A DNA stretch of 64,000 bases. It comes from Candidatus Moraniibacteriota bacterium (lineage in GTDB: Bacteria > Patescibacteriota > Minisyncoccia > Moranbacterales > UBA2206). The stretch spans positions 108,589 through 172,588 of the forward strand of contig JAAXWW010000001.1 of NCBI GenBank assembly GCA_013334765.1, given 5' to 3'. Below are positions 8,858 through 15,930 of this stretch, piece after piece (the stretch's first letter is position 1; each line of letters starts with the position of its first letter). A program made the translations under genes and the position numbers. The notes beneath the pieces are model-generated. The model was given only the letters and a program-made list of their open reading frames with translations. It was not told the origin of the DNA and did not search any database.

Positions 8858-10087
8858 ATGGATAATATAAAAATAATAACCGAGCATTGGGACAAGATCG
8901 ATCCGAAGAAGATCGCGGATTATGTCGCTGTCGGAGGATACGAAACGCTTAGGAAATTCGTTTGCGAGGCGGATCCGGCTTCAGCCTTGCAAGAGATAAA
9001 GAAGTCCGGTCTTCTGGGGCGGGGCGGGGCTGGTTTCCCGATCGGCGACAAGCTCGAGCTGGTGGCTTCCAGCAATAAAAAAGAAAAGTATTTCATTTGC
9101 AACCTGGATGAATCAGAGCCAGGGACATATAAGGACAGGGAAATCGCCAAGAACAACCCGCATCTTCTCATTGAGGGAATAGCTTTGGCGTCGCTTATTA
9201 TTGGGGCGAAAAAGGCATTCATTTATCTCAATGGGAATTATGAAGAAGAAGAGGAGATTCTGGAATGTGCTCTTTCTCAGTCTATTGAGAACGGCTTCAT
9301 TGGTGAAGGAATACTCGGATCGGAATACGGGCTTGAGATGGAAGTGTTCCAAGGGGCTGGCGCGTATATTTGCGGAGAGGAAACGGCGCTTCTCAATTCG
9401 ATCGAAGGCCGTCGCGGCGAACCGAGGCTGCGTCCGCCGTATCCGACGGACAAAGGGCTTTGGGGCCATCCGACGGCTATTGGGAATGCCGAGACCGTTT
9501 CGAATTTTCCTTGGATAATCAAGAACGGAGGGGCGGAATATTCCAGGATCGGTTCGGCTGATTCTCCAGGCACGAAGCTGTATACTTTGGGCGGATCCGT
9601 GAAAAATACGGGAATATTCGAGCTGCCGACCGGAATCAGCATTCGCGATCTTATCCAGAAATCGGGTGGCGGGATGATGCTGGGGAAGGAATTCTGGTTT
9701 GCGCAGATAGGCGGAGCGTCCGGAAGGTTGGTGTTGGAAAACGAGTTGGAAGAGAAGCTGGTTCTGAAAAAGGGCGCCAAGATACCGCTGGGTTCCGGAG
9801 CGGTTCTGGTGGTTGATAAGACGGTGGATATCCATGATATGATTTTGTCCTGGACTGGATTTTTCAGGCGAGAATCTTGCGGGAAATGCGTTCCGTGCCG
9901 GGAGGGGACATTCCGCCTTTTTGAAATAGCGAAGAGGATGAATAATGGGAAGATGAGCGAACGGGATAAGGCGGCTGTTTCCGATATCCTTTGGGCGCTT
10001 GAGAACACGACTTTCTGCCCGTTCGGGAAATTTTCTGCCACTGCTTTCCGGGATACAGTGGAGAAGTTGAACATATCGAATTCGTAA
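8858..10087 (+). CDS. NuoF/HoxF-like NAD(P)H-binding FMN/[4Fe-4S] diaphorase subunit (51 kDa family)
   Basis: 'GRGGAGFP' FMN site, NADH-binding Gly-rich segment, 'CGKCVPCREG' 4Fe-4S motif. Confidence 0.85.
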   Translation: MDNIKIITEHWDKIDPKKIADYVAVGGYETLRKFVCEADPASALQEIKKSGLLGRGGAGFPIGDKLELVASSNKKEKYFICNLDESEPGTYKDREIAKNNPHLLIEGIALASLIIGAKKAFIYLNGNYEEEEEILECALSQSIENGFIGEGILGSEYGLEMEVFQGAGAYICGEETALLNSIEGRRGEPRLRPPYPTDKGLWGHPTAIGNAETVSNFPWIIKNGGAEYSRIGSADSPGTKLYTLGGSVKNTGIFELPTGISIRDLIQKSGGGMMLGKEFWFAQIGGASGRLVLENELEEKLVLKKGAKIPLGSGAVLVVDKTVDIHDMILSWTGFFRRESCGKCVPCREGTFRLFEIAKRMNNGKMSERDKAAVSDILWALENTTFCPFGKFSATAFRDTVEKLNISNS

Positions 10088-10263
10088 TAATCATCATGGT
10101 TTTCGGGATTTATACATCCTCATAGGAATTACTATTGCGACATGGATGGGTGTAAGTTTAGTTTTCGGATTTTCATAAGACGGATATCTTTTATAATAAT
10201 GGGCATGAGTAATTTATTTCTGAATGCTCACTCCCTCAGCGCAGTAATTGGTTGGTATAAATT

Positions 10264-11658
10264 ATGAAAATAAAAATAAACAACGTTGAATATAGCGCCA
10301 AAATCGGAGAAACGATTCTGGATGTCTGCAAAAGGGAGAGAATAAGGATCCCAACCCTGTGCGCGTATAAGAACCTGAATCGTGAGGCGGTTTGCCGGAT
10401 GTGTTTGGTTGAGGTGAATAAGAGCGATAGCCTGGTCACGTCCTGCTCGTTCAAGGTCTGCGGCGGTTTGGAGGTGACAACTGAAAGCGAGAGGATTCAG
10501 AAGGCTCGCAAGGTCAGTTTGGAGCTTCTTTTCGCGGATCACGCGGGGAAGTGCGTAAAATGCAGGAAAAATAGGCGCTGCGAACTTCAGAACTTGGCCG
10601 AGGAGAACAAGATAGATAATTTCCATTTTGTTCCAAAGAAAGATGAGATCGGTTCTGCTGACGAGCTTGATCTGCTCAAGGACAACAGATCGCGCCTGGT
10701 TTTTGAGGATAATAACAGGGTAATCACGAGGACGACGGAATATTGCATTTCGTGCAGAAGGTGCGTAAACGTTTGCCCGACTCAGGAATTCGGCCTTAGC
10801 CGTCGCGCGGCGGATACGGTTGTCGGAACTCCGTATGGCAAGGAACTGGATTGCATATTCTGCGGCGCATGCGTCAGGGCTTGTCCGACAGGCGCGCTTA
10901 CGGATCATGGCGATATTGTGAAAGCGCAGGACGAACTGGATAACCTCAACAAGCTCGCGGTGGCGATCGTGGACGAGACTGTTCTGAGAAATATCGCGGA
11001 TGAGATCGGAGGATTGCCGGCTGGGGATGTGAGCGGGGAAGTCATCGGGTATTTGCACGAGCTCGGATTTGAAAAAGTCTTCAGTCTTTCTTTCGGTCTC
11101 GGAAAATGGATCGAATCCGCCAAGGAAAAGATGGAAAACAGAAAAAGGCCGATTATCAGCGATTATTGCCCGTCGGTTGCCATATATGTGAAAAAATATT
11201 TCCCGTCTCTCGCGGATAATCTGCTGGGTGTGCCTACGCCGGATGATATCATGGCAAGATATATCAAGAATGAATATGCGGATAAGGAAAAGATAGATGC
11301 GGATAATATCGTGGTTATTTCAATCTCAGGGTGCCTTGCGAAGAGGAAAACCAAAGGAAGATATCTGGATCATGTCATGAGCCCGAGCCAGATCGGGCGG
11401 ATGGTCCGCGTGAAAAAGATAGGCAAGGTTGAGAAGGGTAAGTTTGATCATCTTGCAAAAGAAGATATGCATCCGGATGCGTATAGTATGAACAGGAAAG
11501 GCGGAGTGGCGAACGCTCTTTCTAGCGGGATATCCGACGCCAGGGCAGCAAGCGGAATCAAGGATATAAAGAGGATTCTTGAGGATATGGACAGAGGAAA
11601 TGCCGAATATGATTTCGCCGATCTCATGGTTTGCGATGGGGGATGTGAAAATAAATAG
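10264..11658 (+). CDS. HoxU/NuoG-N-terminal-like Fe-S subunit fused to a C-terminal domain with degenerate [FeFe]-hydrogenase H-cluster motifs
   Basis: 2Fe-2S Cys pattern (C33,C44,C47,C61); His-ligated cluster 'HAGKCVKCRKNRRC'; two CxxCxxCxxxCP motifs; C-terminal C302 (SDYCPSV), C357-K360 (SGCLAK), C457/C461 (MVCDGGC) with spacings 55/100/4. Confidence 0.7.
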   Translation: MKIKINNVEYSAKIGETILDVCKRERIRIPTLCAYKNLNREAVCRMCLVEVNKSDSLVTSCSFKVCGGLEVTTESERIQKARKVSLELLFADHAGKCVKCRKNRRCELQNLAEENKIDNFHFVPKKDEIGSADELDLLKDNRSRLVFEDNNRVITRTTEYCISCRRCVNVCPTQEFGLSRRAADTVVGTPYGKELDCIFCGACVRACPTGALTDHGDIVKAQDELDNLNKLAVAIVDETVLRNIADEIGGLPAGDVSGEVIGYLHELGFEKVFSLSFGLGKWIESAKEKMENRKRPIISDYCPSVAIYVKKYFPSLADNLLGVPTPDDIMARYIKNEYADKEKIDADNIVVISISGCLAKRKTKGRYLDHVMSPSQIGRMVRVKKIGKVEKGKFDHLAKEDMHPDAYSMNRKGGVANALSSGISDARAASGIKDIKRILEDMDRGNAEYDFADLMVCDGGCENK

Positions 11659-11672
11659 TAAATAACGAAAAT

Positions 11673-11888
11673 ATGTGTCTGACTATACCTAAGAAAGTGG
11701 TTGAGATAGACGGCAACAAAATCGTGGTCGAGCTTGCCAATGGCGATAGACAAAGCGTGAAAAGTATCGTAGCATTGGAAATAGGTGATTTTTGCTTAAC
11801 GCAGCAGAACGTTGCCATAGAGAGGATAGACGCCGACTATGCTGGCGAGCTCATTGAAATACTGAAAGGAGGAAAAGCCAATGTCTGA
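11673..11888 (+). CDS. hypC: Hydrogenase maturation factor HypC
   Basis: Starts 'MCLTIPKKVVEI', the HypC N-terminal Cys2 signature; 71 aa. Confidence 0.8.
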   Translation: MCLTIPKKVVEIDGNKIVVELANGDRQSVKSIVALEIGDFCLTQQNVAIERIDADYAGELIEILKGGKANV

Positions 11889-12600
11889 AATCATCATAAC
11901 TCCGGACGGCTTGCGCCTCCTGGGTCTTGTTTTGGTAACTTGCCCGTCGGAAACCACCAATGGAGGGGTTCTTGGCAAACAGCACGCCTTGGAATTGGCA
12001 AGAGACGAAAAAAGCGTGGGTTTTGAAGAATTCATGCACTATCTGGGATTGAGAAATCCCGGTCCGAGCGTTTTTTCCCATATCCACAAAGTGGCTGTTG
12101 GAAAAGGCGCGGCTTCGATCGATGCTGCCTTTGTGGCTGGATATTTCGGCGGCAAGCCGCATATCGAAAGAGTTGTCGCTGGAACTAGTAAAGAAACACT
12201 CTGCGGACTGTTTGGAGATAATGGATATTATTTCAAATCAATCGTTTCGCACGTCCTGCTGCCAGCTCGCGTCAGCAATGTCCGCTTGGATGATGTCAAA
12301 GGAAAGAAAGCGCATGTCGTTGATGCCATTTATGAAAATGGGGATATGAATCTTTCCTTCTCCAACCTTATTATGCTCCCAAGAGAACCGGTCGAAAAAG
12401 GCCAGTTTGTCCTGTGCCATCACTCATCCGTTCTTCCGGGAATAGTTTCTGAAGATATGAAAAAGCTGCTTCTTGAAGCGCAGTTGGATAGTAGCGCATT
12501 CATGGAAGCATGCCGCAAGATTGATCAAGACGGCATCAACCATTGTTCGATGCTGAGTTTACCTGCTGCAAGAGCAGCGCTGGATTACGATTGTTCCTAA
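11881..12600 (+). CDS. Hypothetical protein embedded in the hydrogenase cluster
   Basis: 239-aa ORF overlapping the hypC stop by 8 nt (translational coupling); no recognised motif; terminator directly after it. Confidence 0.5.
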   Translation: MSEIIITPDGLRLLGLVLVTCPSETTNGGVLGKQHALELARDEKSVGFEEFMHYLGLRNPGPSVFSHIHKVAVGKGAASIDAAFVAGYFGGKPHIERVVAGTSKETLCGLFGDNGYYFKSIVSHVLLPARVSNVRLDDVKGKKAHVVDAIYENGDMNLSFSNLIMLPREPVEKGQFVLCHHSSVLPGIVSEDMKKLLLEAQLDSSAFMEACRKIDQDGINHCSMLSLPAARAALDYDCS

Positions 12601-12643
12601 GCGGAGCATGAACCATCAGGTTTCATCGCTCCGCTTTTTTTAT
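12601..12643 (+). terminator. Rho-independent terminator
   Basis: gcggagc...gctccgc stem followed by TTTTTTT. Confidence 0.6.
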
Positions 12644-12672
12644 TCCTGCGAATTTATGGTAAAATATAAGGC

Positions 12673-13803
12673 ATGAAACACAAAAATATTTCAAATATAA
12701 AAACCGGTGCCAAGAAGAGGGTCCTTCGCAAAAAAATTGCGGAGCGGACAAAAAAGAAGGTCGCAAGAAAACCGGCAAAAAGGAAACATCTGGATATCGG
12801 ATCACTAACAGGAAAAAAATCACTGTTCGATCATATCAAGGGAAGCCTTGTGGCTTTTTCGAAAAAGAAAGAAGGCAAGAGTATCCCAGAAGAAGGGAGG
12901 ATAATTTCCATGAACGAACCGGTGAAGGAAATCGAAATCCCGATTGTTTTGAAAGAAGCAAGAAAGAATCCTGCAAAAAAAGCTCCTGCGAAAAAAAGGA
13001 AGAAGGCTGTTGCTGAGGAAACCGGGCTTATGAATCTTCCTAAGCCCCGCGTTGCGATCGTGAGCCTCACTTCGTGCGAAGGCTGCCAGTTCGTCCTTTT
13101 GGATCTCGGGGAAAGGTTTTTCGAGTTCGTGAAGAGCGTTGAACTGGTTGATTTCCGCATGGTCGAGGATCAGGAAGATGACAACCTGCAGCTCGATCTG
13201 GTGCTGGTGGAAGGCAATCCTGTTACTGAGGAGAATGTGGAAACTCTCAAAAGAGTGCGGGCTAGGGCCAAAGTCCTAGCGGCTCTTGGAAACTGTGCGG
13301 CGATGGGCGGAGTGCCAGAGATCAAGAACTATCAGAAAGGGAAGAGCACCATAAAGCACGTATACAAGTATATTCACGGCATAAGCAATCCTGAGATCAA
13401 GGAAATAGATAATTTCGTGAAAGTTGATTTCGTTTTCCCGGGGTGTCCGATTGACGGAGAAGAGTTCCTGAAATATATGCCAGAGCTTCTCAAGGGAAAT
13501 GTTCCGCAGATTCCGGATCAGGCGGTCTGTCTTGAGTGTAGGAAGAAAGGAAACAAATGCCTTCTTTTGGAGAAGAAGCCGTGCTTCGGTCCGATGATCC
13601 TGGGCGGATGCGATGCGGTCTGTCCTACGGCTAGGATGGGCTGTCAGGGTTGCCGCGGGCTGCGCCCGGAAGGCAGCATCAAAGTGATGCGTGCGACATT
13701 GAAAAGCATGATGACTGATGAAGAATTCGAGAATGTGACGGAAATATACGGCCTCAGGGATGATTTGGAAGAGAAAGAGAAAAAAGAGAAAAAGGAGAAG
13801 TAG
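12673..13803 (+). CDS. [NiFe]-hydrogenase small subunit (group 3-like) with a Cys-rich C-terminal extension; true start uncertain (alternatives 12910 or 13030)
   Basis: 'VAIVSLTSCEGCQ' proximal-cluster motif and 'CLECRKKGNKC...CFGP...GGCDAVCP...CQGCRG' extra Fe-S cysteines. The N-terminal ~119 aa are Lys/Ala-rich; a strong RBS gaagggagg precedes the ATG at 12910. Confidence 0.7.
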   Translation: MKHKNISNIKTGAKKRVLRKKIAERTKKKVARKPAKRKHLDIGSLTGKKSLFDHIKGSLVAFSKKKEGKSIPEEGRIISMNEPVKEIEIPIVLKEARKNPAKKAPAKKRKKAVAEETGLMNLPKPRVAIVSLTSCEGCQFVLLDLGERFFEFVKSVELVDFRMVEDQEDDNLQLDLVLVEGNPVTEENVETLKRVRARAKVLAALGNCAAMGGVPEIKNYQKGKSTIKHVYKYIHGISNPEIKEIDNFVKVDFVFPGCPIDGEEFLKYMPELLKGNVPQIPDQAVCLECRKKGNKCLLLEKKPCFGPMILGGCDAVCPTARMGCQGCRGLRPEGSIKVMRATLKSMMTDEEFENVTEIYGLRDDLEEKEKKEKKEK

Positions 13804-14266
13804 TCTCTACGAATTACGAATCTTACGAAATTACGAACAGCAGATGAAAACAAATAAAGATATCATATATGCCGATGAATCTTATGAGATTATTGGGATG
13901 ATGTATGAGGTTCATGACAAGATAGGATCTGGACACAAAGAAGTTTTCTATCAAAAAGCTGTAGCGGAAATTTTCAGGAAGAATGGCAAAAATTTCAAAG
14001 AGCAGCTAAGATTGAAGGTGAAGATGGGTGGCAAGGAAGTGGGAGAATATGTTCTGGATTTTTTGTATGAGGATATTATTGTCATAGAATTGAAGCAGGG
14101 TGAAGTTTTTTCAAAGAGCAATATAAATCAAATATATGTTTACCTGAAAGCGACCGGATTGAAACTTGGCTTGTTGATAAATTTTACAAGAAACGGAGTC
14201 AAATTCAAAAGAATCGTCAATATAGCATAAATTCGTAATTTCGTATAATTCGTATTTCGTAGAGAA
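13804..14266 (+). mobile_element. GxxExxY-gene cassette bounded by 'TACGAAT'-rich inverted repeats (copy E1)
   Basis: Left arm tctctacgaattacgaatcttacgaaattacgaac (13804-13838) and right arm attcgtaatttcgtataattcgtatttcgtagagaa (14231-14266) are reverse complements; inserted between the hydrogenase small and large subunit genes. Confidence 0.55.
13844..14230 (+). CDS. GxxExxY protein (PD-(D/E)XK nuclease superfamily)
   Basis: 'SYEIIGMMYEVHDKIGSGHKEVFYQKAV' (GxxExxY core) and 'ELKQGE' motif; start chosen at the internal Met 'MKTNKDIIY'. Confidence 0.75.
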   Translation: MKTNKDIIYADESYEIIGMMYEVHDKIGSGHKEVFYQKAVAEIFRKNGKNFKEQLRLKVKMGGKEVGEYVLDFLYEDIIVIELKQGEVFSKSNINQIYVYLKATGLKLGLLINFTRNGVKFKRIVNIA

Positions 14267-14269
14267 TTC

Positions 14270-15529
14270 ATGGAGATAAAAATAAACCACATTGCTAAGA
14301 TGGAAGGGCACACTGGCTTCATGGCGAGTGTGATTCATGGCGATGTGAAAGCTGCGAAACTGGAAGTCAAAGAGGGGATCCGTCTTATCGAGGGCGTGCT
14401 CATAGGCCGTGATTATCGGGATATGCCGGTGGTAGCGCAAAGGATCTGCGGGATCTGCCCGGTGGTGCACAACATCACTTCGATAAAAGCCATAGAGAAT
14501 GCGATGGGGGTTTCAGTCACGCCAGAGACGAAAAAGCTCAGGACGCTCATGGAATACGCCCAGATCATTCATTCTCATGCACTGCATCTTTTCTTTTTGT
14601 CCTTGGCTGATTTTTTGGATATGGATAATGACATCAAGCTCATGCAGGATTATCCTGAGGAAGCAAGGATGGCAATCAAAATACGCGAATACGGGATGTC
14701 GATTGTCAAAGTGATCGGAGGAAGGGTCGTGCATCCGCTCACTAATGAAGTCGGAGGATTCAAGAAGGCGCCGGATACTGAAGAACTCAAGAGGCTGCTT
14801 GATGAATCAGGGGAGGTGCTTAAAACGGCTCTGGAACTGGGAGAGTTTTTCAAGACGATCAAGGCCCCTGACTTTTCGCGCGAGACGGAATACGTATCTC
14901 TCGGCAAGAAAGGCGAATATGCCATATATGACGGCGATGTCATTTCTAATTTCGGGCTGCATATCCTGACGGAGAAATTCGAGAACAACTTCCTGGAGCT
15001 CCAGAAACAGAATGAGATCATAAAAAGGGTCGAGCATAGAGGAAAAAGCTATATGGTCGGAGCGATTGCCAGGTTGAACAATTCCAGGGAAAAACTCAGA
15101 CCGAAGGCGGCAAAATACCTGGAAAGTCTCGGCTGGAGCTTTCCGGACTATAATCCCTTCCACAACATCCTCGCTCAGATGACGGAACTTATCCACTTCA
15201 TTGAAGAATCTGCCAGGCTTCTTTCAGAGCTGCTCAATTGCGATCTGAATGAAGTCATAACCAAGGAATATGAAATCAAGGAAGGATCGGGTTCCGCGGC
15301 AGTGGAAGCTCCGCGCGGGACTCTCTACTACCATGTCGATATCGATCCGAAAGGATATATCAGGAACGTGAATATCATAACGCCGACGGCTCAATTCCTG
15401 TCGAACCTGGAAGATGACGTAGCGGCATATATCCCTGAAATAATAAACCTGGACCCGAAAGAAAGGGAGAAGAAGCTCCGCGCGTTCATCCGTGCCTATG
15501 ATCCGTGCATATCCTGCGCGGTTCACTAG
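14270..15529 (+). CDS. [NiFe]-hydrogenase large subunit (group 3-like), no C-terminal propeptide
   Basis: N-terminal 'RICGICPVVH' (RxCGxCxxxH) and C-terminal 'DPCISCAVH' immediately followed by the stop codon. Confidence 0.85.
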   Translation: MEIKINHIAKMEGHTGFMASVIHGDVKAAKLEVKEGIRLIEGVLIGRDYRDMPVVAQRICGICPVVHNITSIKAIENAMGVSVTPETKKLRTLMEYAQIIHSHALHLFFLSLADFLDMDNDIKLMQDYPEEARMAIKIREYGMSIVKVIGGRVVHPLTNEVGGFKKAPDTEELKRLLDESGEVLKTALELGEFFKTIKAPDFSRETEYVSLGKKGEYAIYDGDVISNFGLHILTEKFENNFLELQKQNEIIKRVEHRGKSYMVGAIARLNNSREKLRPKAAKYLESLGWSFPDYNPFHNILAQMTELIHFIEESARLLSELLNCDLNEVITKEYEIKEGSGSAAVEAPRGTLYYHVDIDPKGYIRNVNIITPTAQFLSNLEDDVAAYIPEIINLDPKEREKKLRAFIRAYDPCISCAVH

Positions 15530-15544
15530 ATAAAGTAAAAAATT

Positions 15545-15587
15545 AAAGGTAAAAAGTAAAAAATATTTTACATCTACTTTTTACCTT
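15545..15587. promoter_or_regulatory. AT-rich perfect 14-bp inverted repeat (aaaggtaaaaagta / tactttttaccttt) between the large subunit and hypA-like genes
   Basis: Read directly; could be a weak intrinsic terminator or an operator. Confidence 0.3.
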
Positions 15588-15613
15588 TTACTTCTAACTT
15601 TTAACTTTGAAAC

Positions 15614-15892
15614 ATGCATGATTTTCTATTAGCCAAAGAGATAATCGACAAGCTTCGCGAGATTGCCCAAGAGAAAAAGATTTCGAAGATAACTAGGGTC
15701 AATCTTGAAATAGGCAACATATCGATGAGCCACGACGGGCATCCGGAACACTTGGAGGAAATCAATATTGAAAATCTCGAATTCGGGCTTGGCGGAATCG
15801 TGAAAGACGATCCGATGTTCCGGGATGTTAAATTCGGTATCAGGAAAACTCAGAGCGAAAGCTGGGGCATAACGGATATCGAGGCGGAATGA
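15614..15892 (+). CDS. HypA-like protein lacking the zinc-finger cysteines
   Basis: N-terminus 'MHDFLLAKEIIDKLRE...ITRVNLEIGNIS' parallels the HypA 'MHE(L/I)SL...' Ni-binding N-domain; 92 aa with no Cys at all. Confidence 0.45.
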   Translation: MHDFLLAKEIIDKLREIAQEKKISKITRVNLEIGNISMSHDGHPEHLEEINIENLEFGLGGIVKDDPMFRDVKFGIRKTQSESWGITDIEAE

Positions 15893-15930
15893 GCAATTAA
15901 TTTTGAGGATTAAAATTAAACAACAAACAT

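Noticed and set aside
9113-10097. Several minus-strand ORFs (240, 265 and 77 aa) within 8858-10087
   Set aside because: Antisense to the NuoF-like gene, which has unambiguous FMN/NADH/4Fe-4S motifs.
10228-11058. 276-aa minus-strand ORF
   Set aside because: Antisense to the HoxU-like gene; no motifs.
12673-12909. Treating the first 79 codons of the small-subunit ORF as certainly coding
   Set aside because: The upstream RBS is weak and the sequence is A-rich. Kept in the feature because the frame is open, but flagged in findings; the start at 12910 or 13030 may be correct.
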